54,839 nucleotides of DNA from contig MCFE01000595.1 of NCBI GenBank assembly GCA_002104905.1, positions 1 through 54,839 of the forward strand. The letters run 5' to 3'. The translations under genes and the position numbers were made by a program. This DNA comes from Basidiobolus meristosporus CBS 931.73 (taxonomy: Eukaryota > Fungi > Basidiobolomycota). Positions 25,562 through 41,276 of this stretch are shown piece by piece (positions within the stretch are counted from its first letter, which is position 1; the number at the start of each line of letters is the position of its first letter). Under the pieces are notes generated by a model that saw only the letters and a program-made list of their open reading frames with translations, did no database searches and was not told the origin of the DNA.

Positions 25562-26864
25562 ATCCACACTAAAGCTATACGATTTCTCGTCATATCTAAT
25601 TTCCCCCACTATCTCCCCCCTCTTTCTCTTGTATAAACAGCCTTGAATGTTTCAAGAAACCTCTTTCCCATGTTCTTTTGCCACTATAGGATCAATGTCG
25701 TTTTTCTTTTTATCACTCACCATGTATCCCTTTAACCCATGTGATATCTCACTTGGCTACCAACATACATTTTTTATTCTTGATAAAGAGCTAAAAACGA
25801 AGATTATATATGCATGCACACACACTCCAATTGAATTGGCTAATTATAACTTTAACTTGAACTAACCTTTAATCTCTAATAGTAGCACATCATCAGGTCA
25901 GAGAGGAGATAACCGCCATCCATTTAAAGCACAGATCGGCTACATATAGGAGGGGCCAGGAGGACTGTAGAGGGATCGGAAATTACTGACATTAATCCAG
26001 ATCAGGAAGAGCTGGAGTTGGTGCTGGATACCCAATCATATCTCATCTTCAAACCGTGCTCGCTATGGCCTTCAGTTGCATGGTGCCGAGGTAGCACACG
26101 TTGGACAAACGGTGTTTGCTGAGTTGGAAGTAAAATCGAAAATATGAAACAATATTCCATGCTCATGGACCCAAACAATACCGCAATCATCCCTTTTTTT
26201 TCTCCTTTTTTTCAAACTCCCCAAACGACGCCATTGATTGGCCAGAATCGCGTGATCGTCTTCGCGATGATGGATCAACGCGAAATATTCAATCACGACG
26301 GAGATAGAGATCTTAGTCGGGTTGATGAAACAAATCAGTGGTGCCAGTTTTCGAATACCTGTGTTGTAGAATGACGCCAAGTGGTTGGATAGAACTCTGG
26401 GGAATATGAACACACATGTTCACGCCTTGAATCATCGACTACAGATAGAGATTGAGAAAGCGAAGTTATCTGATTGGCTACTTGAATGGCTCATTTGGAT
26501 TGCGTTCTCAATATTGTAAAGGGAATGAGCTACCCTTCCGTCTTAATCATCAAGCTTATTTTCTTGTCTATTTACTGCGCGCACCTTCTTACTACTTCCA
26601 GTGACCTTTTAGCTCAGGACTTTATCCAATCTTTCCTTTGTTGAAACACTTAGCTTCCCCACCTAGCAGAGCCAACGCTCAATAGGTGTCATCTTATTTT
26701 CTCTCCATCCCTTGGCGCATATAACACTTATAGGTCAGGATTACGTTGGGCAATTTCTTGATTAGTTTCCAAGCTGTTCTCTACTTCCCAACGTCAGCAG
26801 AGATATATTTATACGAAAAGAATTACGTATACATCGCTTAGTATTTTCTGTTCACCATTTGACA

Positions 26865-29106
<2,242 letters not shown>

Positions 29107-29781
29107 GCCTGAGGGGACAGGGTTTTAGCGATCTTGATCAATCATGAGCTTATATCTATCCTGTTTATTCACGAATCACGTTTTCATCTTTGCCCTCTTC
29201 CCCTTTCGAGTTATATTTTTATCGCCCTCATTTCCCACGGCCCACTCAGCCTTCCTTCTCTTATTTCAATAACGAGCAGGGCCGAATTATTGTTGAGTAG
29301 TGACAACTTTAGGCCACGCGCCTTTGGAGTTCTCGACAGCATACACAGCCGATATTCTTGCGCTCTTCAAGGGACCGGGCCTCCGCTGTAAGCTTCTCCG
29401 AGTTCATCCTGGTCTTCCCGTGGTGACTCCTATCCGATCTGTTCGAGCAGACATGGGATGATGGAGGTGTCCATTGAGGCACGCCAAGTCGAGACTCCAG
29501 GACCTCGCAAACAATTTCTCGGGGGTCCTGATGTACCTCACCACCAAGGGGTGCCAACCACGCAACTCGACATGTTTTGGTAGCACCCTATTGGGCGGAT
29601 CCTCATCCATGGTTTATTTTCTTATGTATGTATGTATATTAGGTTAGAGCTTTTCAACAACTTGAGCGACTGTTTCCCAACGTATTTAATATTTCCACCA
29701 CATTTATTCATACTCATCGAATCATTCCCGGTCATAATAGAACATTTCGTTTCAACCATTTTAAAATTCGGGCTCACAATC

Positions 29782-29845
29782 GCATTCGCATCTGCATCTG
29801 CATCCACCTCCACCTCCACCTCCACATCCACATCCACATCCACAT
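29782..29845. repeat. Compound hexamer microsatellite (GCATCT / TCCACC / TCCACA)
   Basis: Read directly from the sequence. Confidence 0.85.
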
Positions 29846-30218
29846 TGACTTCCATTTTCGGTCCCACATGGTGTGGGTGTGCTGCTGGCACATCCTGAGA
29901 TAATAAGTTCCAAGATGGTATAGTCCCTTAGTCATTCGTATCACGACGTGGACAGCAGATTGGCACAAAAATTGCGGGGTTCGTCGGAATTGTCGGGTCA
30001 CTTAATATACATGTAAATTGGCTCGACGTGATGGTAAGCTCATGTGTCCAATATATCTTAATAAGCAGCAAATGAATTAGGCAGTTACCAATATCACGGT
30101 GCGGATAAACTTCGGTCAGAAGATGAGGTTCATCCAGAGGTTCCTGTATAAATCGTACGGGCGGGGGACGGCGGGTCTGGAGCGTATCAACCACAGTCCA
30201 TAATTTCACAACTCCCTC

Positions 30219-32067
30219 ATGATCTTCACCTCCAAACTTCCCGCCATCCAAGTGCCTAGCCTGGACCTTTTCACATTCCTGCTGGACTCCCCCAAGGATA
30301 TCCCGGAGTCCCGACCCTTGCTCATCAACGGGGCTTCCGGACGGAGTTACACCTTGTCCCAGTTGAGGAGCAATTCCTTGGCATTCGGGGCGGGTCTGGC
30401 GAAGGACTACGGGGTGAAGCGCGGGGACGTCCTGGCCCTGTTCACCCCCAACATAGTAAGTCGACCGGCACTTGGCCCATGTTCATCCATCTGATCTCCC
30501 CTTCATGCTTTGTAGACCGAGTACTCCACCATTTGTCTGGGTGCGTTCGCGGCGGGCGCAACGGTCACCACAGCGAATCCTGCCTACACTGCAGCCGAAT
30601 TGGCCCACCAACTGGGCCAGACGAAGCCCAAGGTGATCGTCACCCTGTCCGGCCTGGTTGGCACGGTAAAGCAGGCCATGGAGATTGCCCAGGTCGAATT
30701 ACAGATCATCCTCTACGACATGGTGGCCGACAGCCCTGGGGAAATTTCTTCGAGTTGGTGGAGAAGGAGGTCGAGAGGCCGTTCGAACGCGTGAAGCTGA
30801 CCGACCGGGATATCGCATACATCTGTTACTCCTCGGGAACATCAGGTACCCAATTCATCCCATCCATGACCACGTCCCACCTGATCCACCCACCCACCCA
30901 CCTAACCAACCCGCCGCTCACCTTTTCCACTTCCAGGTAAGCCCAAGGGGGTCCAGTTGACCCATCGAAACCTGGTGGCGAACGTGCTTCAGCAGTCGGT
31001 GCTGTACGACGACAAAGAGGAGGTCACCATACTTGGGGTGCTCCCCTTCTTCCACATCTTCGGCCTCTGCTGCATCCTACACACCCCGTTGTACAAGGGG
31101 ATGCCGGTGGTGACGATGGAGAAGTTCGACCTGGTGGAGTTCCTGACCTGTATCCAGAAGTACCGGGTCACCATGACCACCATCGTGCCACCTATCGCCC
31201 TCGCCTTGGCCAGACACCCCATCGTCAAGAAGTTCGACATTAGCTCGCTGGAGAACGTGGTCTGCGGCGCGGCCCCGCTGAGCAGGGATTTGAGCAAGGA
31301 ACTGCAGGTGGCCACTCGCGGCGGGACCATCAATCAAGGCTACGGTATGACCGAAACCTCGCCCGTGGTCGCTGTGTGCATGCCTGGGGAGGAGGTCCAC
31401 GGGTCGATCGGAATCTTGGCGCCCAGCGTGGAGGCGAAGATCCTGGGCGAGGACGGAAAAGGTAACGAGACCGCCCACCCGCTGCAGGTGTTCTACCACC
31501 CCTCGCTTCACCTCGGAACTAACCCGATCGATTTTTCCCACCAGAGCTTGGCCGAACAAGGAGGGGGAGTTGTGCGTCCGTGGGCCCAATATCATGCTGG
31601 GTTATCTGAACAACCCCGAGGCCACCACGGAGGTCATCGATCAAGACGGGTTCCTGCATACCGGGGACGTGGCGAAGGTGGACGAGGACGGGCATTTCTT
31701 CATCACCGATCGTCTAAAGGAACTGATCAAGTACAAGGGATTCCAGGTGGCCCCAGCCGAGTTGGAGGCCCTGCTTCTTACCCATCCGGCGGTGGTGGAC
31801 GTTGCGGTCATCCCGCTGAACAAGCCCGAGGAGGCGACCGAGGTGCCGCTGGCGTATGTGGTGGTGAGGGAAAATGTTCCGGAAAGCGCCGAGGTGGCCA
31901 AGGATATCATGAGGTTCGTCAGCAAGAATGTGGTCTCCTACAAGAAATTGAGAGGCGGGGTCCGTTTCATCAAAAGCATCCCCAAGAACTCCTCCGGGAA
32001 GATCCTGCGCAGAAACTTGAAGGACTTGGTGAACCAGGAGAAGCCATCCCCGAAGGCCAAGCTTTAA
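30219..32067 (+). CDS. 4-coumarate-CoA ligase-like / luciferase-like adenylate-forming enzyme with peroxisomal PTS1 (AKL), multi-exon
   Basis: YSSGT..PKGV AMP-binding motif across an intron, [51 protein letters not shown]-terminal AKL. Confidence 0.9.
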
Positions 32068-32219
32068 TTATACCCATTCTATTCCCCACGTAGAGAGATT
32101 CTAAGCACTTGTACCAAACACTACATAAACTTTATTTCCTTCGAAAGATGGGCGGCATGTTGGATGTGTGCGTGTGTGTGAGTGGCGGGACGGGTCAGGT
32201 CAGGGTAGGCAGTGTGGGG

Positions 32220-33328
32220 TCATATGGTCAAGAGAATCGCCATCAGCGAGCTGTTCGTGAGCTGAATGTAGAGCATCTGGGCCATCAACTTGATCGCCAG
32301 CCCGCAGAGCATCACCAACGTGGTGCGTAAATACCCGAAATCTAAGAAAACTGGCCACGAGTTGAGCATGTTGTTCCTTGGGACGATGGATGCGGTTGAA
32401 CGGGGTACCTGAAAGAGCCTCCAGATTGGAGGCGAACACGAAAACGCTCAACAGCCAAGAGTACTCCAACTCGTTGTAGTCCCAGATCACCATGAGGATT
32501 AGCAGCAGCTTCCCGAAGCTTGAAATGATCAGCGCCATGGATACGTAGTTGTACCTGTGGAATGTGGGTCAAGAAATGTTGCATGACCGTTCTCTAAGGG
32601 GAAGTTAGACCGCGACATACTTGATGATTGCGTATTTGCGTCCAAGGCAGAAGCCGACGGCCAAGCGTACTCCGAATTGATAGGCGAGAAATTCTGGCGA
32701 AAAACCCGGTTGGTCAGTGATGGTTCGGGTGGGGACAGGGCTAGTGGTAAACGAGGAGGGTACCGATAAGGCACAGGGCCAGTATATAGATATATTGTAG
32801 GTACAGCGGCTGGTCGCCGAAGGAAAATTTGGTCTTCTCGTAATACCGTTCTAGTTTAAACCACTTGATGTCTTGTGGAGTTAAGGTCGACCCGTTTCGT
32901 CAGGGGCATATAGTCAGTAACAACCAGGTGGTAAAGGATACAAACATCGAACAGGATGAGTAAAATGCCAAGCTTCAGCACGCTGGGCTGTTCAGAGGGG
33001 TAAATGTGAGAGATAGATTCAACAACACGGTGTAAGATGGGGACCTACGTGAATTCCTTGATCTTTGTAGTCCAATCTGTTGAATAGTATATGCCGATAC
33101 ACTTGGGGTTTGAACAGCAACAGGTCGATGAAAATGATGACTGCGTCGTGCTCCACGTATTTATCTACGAAATTCTTACAATTCTCCTGTTCCACTTCTG
33201 GTTAGCATCAAGAAGTCAGGGTTATGCTGGTTGAAGACACTTACGCACTGGGTCAGACGTATGTTCCCTCTGCTATACTCCATGTATAGCGTGGACACGG
33301 GAGTACCGCATTCTACACATGTAGGCAT
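32220..33328 (-). CDS. ARV1: ARV1-family ER membrane protein, multi-exon
   Basis: [28 protein letters not shown] zinc-binding N-terminus; downstream ADKYVEHD..IDLLL; hydrophobic C-terminal exons. Confidence 0.8.
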
Positions 33329-33906
33329 GCTTGACACTTGTGCAGTTAGAGGGATTGGTGGGGCATACCATCTGGCGGCGATTGTCATTCATCAGTGGGC
33401 CCTGGCAAAATGGGAAAATCCACCAAATCAAAACCAGACGGAGAAAAGTGATTAAGTTGGTGTTTCGAGGTTAAATTAGGATTGTTTCGTAGACGAGGTT
33501 CCGGTGGCTCATCTAAGGAGACGCCTGTCCGATCCAGATCCGTGTCCTCCAATGTTGATACAGACGAGGAAAAACAAAGCGGGTGATTGGTTGGGATGGG
33601 ATTGTTTACTGTTGTTCTGTTTGTTTATTTTCCTTCAATCAAGTTATCACCATTCGACGCAACTACTTATAGAGGCTTGCGCTCGGCTCTCTCTCATCAG
33701 AGGTTCCATTTACCAGCAGATTTCCGTTATCACGATTACTCCTACCTCGGGAAATTTCTCCTTTACATCGCCCTTCACACGGCTCCGTCTTCACACGCAA
33801 CCTTGCAACCCATTTCTGTAGTACAGGGTCCTTTCGAAACATACAAAGAAGTTCAGTGAACCATAGACCTAACCTTACCCACCATCACCCACACCGCTGA
33901 ACCCAA

Positions 33907-36900
33907 ATGTTCTCCACCTCCAAACGATTCAATGAAAAAGGTAAAGGAAACTTCACTTACATTAGTATCCCCCTTGTATTCACATTCGTCCTCTGGCATA
34001 GCGGTCATGTCCACCCCAGGCCCCGGGGAGTACAATGTCACTGCACCGAATACCGACAAATACAAGAAATACGGCTTCCTGCACAAGTCCAGACGCTTCA
34101 CCGAAGCCGAAAAAGGTGAGCTTACAATTATCAGATGGATGTTTACCTCGAGTGGTTCGCTGAAACTTGTTCCCAGAGGACTACGGCATAGGGGAATACA
34201 CAGAAGCCCCCGTTCCCGAGAGCGCACGCAAGCCACCATCCAGGCCCAACTCGGCATTGTCCCAGCATCCCACGAAATCCATCGACGAAATCAGATACAA
34301 GAAAGAGGTGGATAGGTGGAAGGAGAAGTACGACAAACAAAATCTTCAGCACGAGAAGGAGATCGAACACCTTGAGGAGAAGGCTCGCAAACTCGAGCTT
34401 CAATATCACAACGCCGTTAAGGAGAAGAATAGTATCGTCGGCCAAATTGCCACCAAGGAGAGCGAGATACAAGAGTTGACCATCAGACACGATCGATTGA
34501 AATCCAACGTAAGCCTTTGCTCTTCCTTAAATCCCTGTCTCGCCTTACTAAACACCTTCCCTTGCATAGCTTGAGAAGGCGGAAAAATCCGCCCAATCAT
34601 TGATGGACAAAGGTCCCAAGTCGGTAATGCTTCAGAAGCGAATCGATGAGCTTGAAAAGCAAGTGGGCAAGTTACGTGCTACAGCAGAAAAAGCAGAGAA
34701 ATCCAAAGAAAAATACGCTGCCGAGCACAGCTCACTCAAAAGTACCATTGATGAGCTCAAGCGTGAGCTAGAGCAGAAGTCGGCCGAGCTTCAATCCACC
34801 AAAGACGAGTTGCAGAGCGTCCAAAGCGAAAACCAGCAAGAGATCGAGTCGCTGGTGAAGCAGAAGGACCAATTGGTCGAGGCCCATGCCAAGGAGATTG
34901 AAAAGATTCAAAAATCCTTGGAGTCCGCAAGCAGCGAACTTCGTGAAATCCAGTCGGAGCTTGAGCAGCGGGATGAGGTGATCGAGATCTTGGAAGAGGA
35001 GAAAAGACAGACGGAAATGCAGATGGATCAGTTGAAATCCGACCATGTCCAGGAAATCACCAACATCCAACAGAGCCTCGAGTCCGTACAGCAGGAGTTG
35101 GCTGATGAGAAGCGTGCTCTCACCGAACTTCAGGCCCAACACGCGCAGGAAATCTCCGAACTCAAAGCGAAGCTTGAAGATAGTCGCCAAGAAACCTCCG
35201 ACCAGATTGCCGAAATTGCCAAGCTCGGCACAGAACACGCCAAGGAGATCGAGTACTTGGAGCAAACTCTCCAGGAGGCCCAGGATACCTTAGAGAAGGA
35301 GCAAACGGAATGGGCTGGAGCACGTGACTCGTACGAGCTTGAAAAATCCCAACTGACCAGTTCCATCAGTGAACTGGAATCGGCTCAAGAAACGCTAGAG
35401 AAGCTCAATCAGCAGCTGACTCGGGACAAGGCCGAGCTTGAAAGTGAATTCCAAGAAAAGCGTGCTCAATATGAAGGCCAAATCGAGTCACTAAATCAAG
35501 GCTTGGAAGAATCCAAAGTGTTGTACGAGGAGCTTGACAACGCTAGAGCTAGACAAAATGCCGAATTCGAAGCGAAGGTCAGTGCTCTAGAGATCCGGTT
35601 GGTGGAGCTGCAGTCGCTCTCCGAGAATGACAAGACCGGCCTGATGAAAGAAATCGAATCTCTAAACGAGAAAATTGTGGGCATCTCCCTTGAGCGTGAG
35701 AATTTGAACGCCCAATACGTACAAGAGCTATCCAATAAGGAGCAGCAAATCGCTACCTTGGAACAGAATCTGGAGTCGTCAGAGGCTACCCGTGTTCAGA
35801 AGGAGAGATCCTGGGCCGAGGAGAAAGAAACCCTGGAGACTCGCATTAGCGATCTGGAAACACAAAAAGATCAACTTCTCCAGGATATCACCAACCTTCG
35901 CCAAGAAATGGTTGACGAGCAATCCCGCCAAGCGAGCATCATTGAAGACTTGCAAGCCAGGCTCCAGCAAGAAGCCGCCTCTCGTCAAAAGGAAACCAAG
36001 AGCTGGGCCAAGGAAAAGAAATCCATCCTCAACAAGCATAAGGAAGAGCTGGAACATCTTCAAGAATCGCACGACAAGCTAATTGGGGACATGGAGGAGG
36101 AGACCAACCAACAGTCGGCCGCCATTGACGAGTTGAAGACTCAACTGCAACAGGAAACCGAAAGCCGTAAGAAATCCAAGAAGCAGTGGTCTTCGGAGAA
36201 ACAAACCCTCCTCGCGGAGCATGCTCAGGAGTTGGAATCCATCCGTGACTCGCACCAACAAGAGATCGACGATTTGCAGCTAACCGTATCCGACCTTCAG
36301 GCTGCGATCGAAGAAACGAATCAGAATTTGGCTCAGTCCGCCGAATCCCACAACGAAGAAAGCACCAAACTTCAGGGGACCATCGAAGAGTTGGAAGCGG
36401 ACCTAGCCCAGGCCAGAGACACCTTGACCAAGAAAACCGAGGAGTACGATCAAGAGATCGCCTCGAAGAAAAAGAAGATCAAGTCGCTGAAGAAAGAGCT
36501 TCAAGAGTCCAACGACCAATACTCTAGACAATCCCAGGAACTACAAAATAGCATCGAGCACCTCAACACTGAGCTGGAAGGAAGCCAGGCGACCATCACC
36601 TCTCTCCAGGAGCAGGTCGAAGAGCTCGAGAGCACCATCGAACAACTGAACCAATCCCTTGAAGAGCTTCAGCAATCAAGCGCCAAGGAAATTCAAGATT
36701 TGAACGAGGAAATCGACGGCACCAAGAAAGAATATCAAGAATATCAGGCGGCAAAGACTTCAGAAATCCAGGAGCTCAATGGAACCGTGGAAAAGATGAC
36801 CCTCCAACTGGAACAGCAACTGGAATCCAGCACCAAGCAAGTCGATGAGCTCAACACTGAGCTCGAGCGGATCAGCAAAGAATTCGATGAGCATCGGGAT

Positions 36901-38382
36901 TCCAAGGCAGCAGAAATCGCCGAGCTGGACGGCACTTTGGCTCGGGTCAATGAACAGCTGGAGAGTGAACAGCAAGCATCTCAGCAAACCATTGCCGATT
37001 TGAATGAAGATGTTGAGGCTGTTACCCGCGAGTTCGAGGCCTATCGTGAATCCAGTGTCAAGGAGGTGGCCGACCTGAAGGAAGAGCTCGAGCAACTTGC
37101 CGCAGAGCTCAGCGAAACCAAGAGCCATTTACAAGAGGAGATAGAGTCTCGTGACGAGCAAATCGAACTGCTGGTCGCTGATATTAAGAACAGCTACCTC
37201 CAAAACACCACCGTGAAAGACCAGCAAGCCGAAGCCATCCGAGACCTTAAATCTCAAGTGGCCGATCGGGATTCACGAATCCACTCCTTGGAGGCCGAAT
37301 CCGAGAATCTCCGGGAGGAGCTGGAAGCTAATGAAGAGCAAATCAAGAGCCTCAATGATCTGTTCGAGGAGCTCAGTGTCTCTCCAGTAGACCCGCCTAC
37401 CGATGAGGTTGAGGAGATCGAAAGATTGGCCAACGAGTTCCAACTCTTGGATGGCGAAGCTGCCCTCTTGCGTGAGGATCTTCAAACCAAACAGGACGAT
37501 ATCCAGGTTGAGAAGGAAATATCGGAGTGCCTGGTGCACATCAACCATGAATTGAGCGATGCCTCCCAGATCAAAGACCAGTTGGAATCCACCCTTGCTC
37601 TCTCGCTACTTTCCAAGATGCGCTTGGAGTTCGAGGAGGAGCGTCAGTTGTTGAAGGAAGAGGCAGAGCAAAAGCAAACCGTCATGATGGCCACCAACGA
37701 AGAGCAAGCCAAGCGCATCCAAGAACTTGAAGCCAAGCTGGCGCAGGTGAATGAACGATCGGACGCCCACGTCAAGGCCTCCACCCAGTTCCTGGAACAG
37801 CAACTTGAGCAGACTGAGCGTGAGCTGGATCGCAAGGAGAGAGAGATCGAGAGTGTGAACCGCCGTATCGATCAAGATATGGAATCCTGGGTATCGGAGC
37901 GAAAGCGTCTCGCTCACATTGCCAACACAGCCGAGGCTGAGGTTGAGAAACTCATGCTTGAGGTGGATCGACTAAGAAACAAGGCGAACATCGCCGAGAA
38001 CGCCCGCATGGAAGTAGAGGAGCAGATGCAGCTTCAATCACAGTTCCTGGCTCAGAAGCATAGCATGGCGTTTGACGAACTCGCCAAGCTCAACGGCCAA
38101 AACGCCAAACTCCTCGGGCACGCGAACTCAAAACAAAAGATCAAGCACATCACTCAGCTCAAGGAAGAGAACATCTCCTTGAAGAAAGAGAACCTCACCC
38201 TCCTCAAGGCTCGTGATCAATACAAGATCAAGCTGATGCGGCTGGAGAGAGATTTGGAAGCGTATCAAAGTGTCACCGCCAACAACGGCAAAGTGATACG
38301 GTCCCGCGCCGAACGAGCAGTTCGTAGCGGAGTGATCTCCCCACCTCTAGAGCCTGAAGACACTCTTGTCGATGAGCAATAG
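33907..38382 (+). CDS. HMMR/RHAMM-like long coiled-coil protein, multi-exon 5' end
   Basis: N-terminal KRFNE..TPGPGEY..YGFL..RF motifs; more than 1200 aa of coiled coil; C-terminal LLGHANSKQKIKHITQLKEENISLK resembling the HMMR C-terminal basic zipper. Confidence 0.7.
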
Positions 38383-38878
38383 CCATGCATGCACCCCACC
38401 CTCGATTTTGAACCTCTTGTGAAATAACACCCACCGCCCGCCACCCTTCCCTTGCTCTAATTGAAATCTGTGTTTGTTTCATTATATATATATATATTTC
38501 TATCAATGAAGTCACCGCAAGTAGTGATTGGTACATAATATCCATGACAAATAAACACTGGCTTTCAGTTGACATGACCCTGCGTGATTAAGATTAACCG
38601 AGATGTATGCAACCTCGCTCACCACTTAAGCAACACCCGGGGCCCTAACCAATGAACGAATATGGCGGTGAAAATTTTATCGGAGACCCGATTTTTTTTA
38701 CCATCAGGGCCCAGAGTGGGGTGGGGTGAATTGAATTACTAGGCGAGTGCGAGATCCGTAGGTTTCCTTCTCTTTCACTGTTTGTTCATAGACCTTTGAA
38801 TCAGTGGTTTTTGGTAGGAGCGTTGTTCATCCATGTATTCGCCCGTGCGATCCATCTAACCCCCTTTCCCACGTAGCA

Positions 38879-39305
38879 ATGGCCAAGGAACAAAAAGGTA
38901 CCAAGCGCTCCACCCTCTCTGACGTTGTGACCAGAGAGTACACCATCCACCTCCACAAACTCATTCATGACCGGTATGTTCATGTCCAGCGCCGCGCACA
39001 CCCGGCCCATGCTAACTCCAATCCTCTCGTGTAGTTCATTCAAGAAGAAGGCCCCTACTGCCGTGAAGGCCATCAAGGCTTTCGCCACCAAGCAAATGGG
39101 CACCGTCGATGTTCGTTTGGATCCCTCTGTTAACAAGCAAGTCTGGAGCCACGGTATTCGTAACGTCCAACGTCGCATCCGTGTCCGTCTTGCCCGCAGA
39201 CGTAACGATGACGAGGATGCCAAGGAGAAGCTCTACACCTACGTCACCTTCGTTCCCGTTACCTCCTACAAGGGACTTCAGACTGAAGTTGTCGAGGACA
39301 ACTAA
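38879..39305 (+). CDS. RPL31: 60S ribosomal protein L31 (eL31), one intron
   Basis: [12 protein letters not shown] | [51 protein letters not shown]. Confidence 0.95.
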
Positions 39306-39469
39306 ATCCATCTGTTTGGAACTTGAATAAATCGATTATTTTCAATCCGTTCATTTATTCGCAACCTCAACGGGTCGTAGACATGGGGAATATCGGTAAT
39401 GTACAAATGCTTGATGCGAGCTCCATCCAAAATTGAAACTAAATATCCTGGCCACGCGTTGATGCTGGA

Positions 39470-40784
39470 TCAACTGAACATTCCCGCACAAGGCCCGCAC
39501 ATGGATGTGATGCTGCTGAACCAGTGGCGGTCGCTGTTGGGTGGCTCCTCGTGGGGTACGGTGGTGGTGGATGGTGGCGGGACTCGGCATTTGCACATTG
39601 GGCACGTCCCGGATTTCGTCGTGAGCCACGGGTCGATGCATGTGACATGGTAGTCGTGATGGCACGGTAGCTGTCGAATCTCCTCGCCATCCACGAAGTC
39701 CTCCAGACAAATGGCACACACCGGGTTGGATTCGATGCTGGTGTGTGAGGCCTGGGTGGTTCTGTCCTGCTGCAAGTACAGTGCTGGTGGGATCATCAGC
39801 TTTGTGTGCATAGTGTTGGGCAGCTTGGGTGGACCTTCTTGCTGGCCCACGTGTGAATAGCGTTGAAGCGTCTTGTGCTGCTCACTGTTGTAGAGGAGTA
39901 TCGGAAGGCTGTCCAAGTAACCCTTGTGGAGCACTGTCATCTCCGTGTTTTCGGTGGCCTCGGTTCTTTGCGCGTAGTTTCGCCGCAGCCGGTATAGGTG
40001 ACAATGCATAGCCACTGAAATGTACCAGGTTAGTGAGCGCCCTAGCTACACAAGCGGGATTCCTCTTACCTGAGGTGGCCAGGGAAAGTATCAAGAGAAC
40101 AACAACTATGATCAGGGTAAATTCCCATATGCCGGGGAAGAAATGCTCATGAGGGTAAAGAGTCACTCTTAGCTTTTTTACCCAGTCACCACTTGTAGTG
40201 TTCCCGTTGGAGATGCTGCTGGGCCTGGTCAGATCGTTGAACAATTGAATACCTACCTCAGGGTCCACTACGAAGATGGGAATCACCACCGGGGAGGGGA
40301 AGCTCAAAGAGTCCAGATTCAGCGGCTCCCGAGACTCGCTGAATATGATGGCCGCGAGTGCTTTGTCGTTCTGGGCGCGCATCACTTTCCACTCGATGGT
40401 GCAGTTGGACAAGGGTAGCAGAGCCACGCGCGAAATAGAGCCGAGGTTGCTTGACGACAAGGCAGGAGAGGACCCGCTGCTATCCTGTGTAATGCAAGGG
40501 TCATTTTGAAGATAGAGTAAACCTTGGAGACCATCCTTGGGCGGGTTGGGCGTGGCAGGGATTTGCTTGATGTTTGCTGAGTATTCAAAAGAGGGGGTGG
40601 TTTTGTCCAGCCGAACAACCGTGGCGTTCGTTAAATAATACACCACCTCCTGGCGAATGATAGGCTGGCTAGGGCCAAATAAATCTGCTTGAGAGGTTGC
40701 AGCAAGGGAGAGGATTAAATACACAAGAGACAAGGTATTTCGATTGCAAGCCCAAGGCGATCGCAGGGCACGCTTTAAAATCAT
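39470..40784 (-). CDS. PA-TM-RING (GRAIL/RNF13-like) E3 ubiquitin ligase, intron ~40069-40016
   Basis: Signal-like N-terminus, PA-like segment, TM helix FTLIIVVVLLILSLA, RING-H2 CAICLEDF..LPCHHDYHVTCIDPWL..CPMCK. Confidence 0.85.
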
Positions 40785-41276
40785 GTTGTGTGAACTGGAT
40801 GTAGAATATTGTCAAGAGAGGACAGAGAGGAAAGGAAGGACGACTAAAGAGATGGGAATAGTATGTTGTTATCAGCAATCGACGGCGAGAAAGAATGAGC
40901 AATTATCAGCAATGAAGCATGCAAGGAGTCCAGGAGAACAAAGAAGACACTCGGCATGCACTCCAAGGCTCGAACTAAGCAGGCGGGAAAATGGGTGGAG
41001 CGCAGTCAGAGGTGGCAATCTGTACTTGATATGTGGGCGGTACTTGAGACGCAACGAAAAGCTCCTTGTTTGCTCTGTGCCTCACAAATGGTCCTTGCTT
41101 TTAACCAGATGTCAATATTTCCGAATTTCGCATTAAAGGTTTCAAAGCAGAATGGTCCATTGTGATGGTGATGTATGGTTGATTAACATTTATCAATTGG
41201 TCTAAGTCACAGGGTCTATTACAAAAAATCGGTGTATAATGTGGGTGGAAATCAATGGGAGACGTCAACGGCAAAA

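Noticed and set aside
29309-30251. Chain of short minus-strand ORFs including a VDVDVEVEVE stretch
   Set aside because: The repeat is the translation of the hexamer microsatellite; no recognisable domain or consistent splice model, and the 5' ORF overlaps the 4CL-like start.
34768-38261. Many minus-strand ORFs antisense to the coiled-coil gene
   Set aside because: Expected antisense openness of Glu/Gln/Lys-rich coding sequence.
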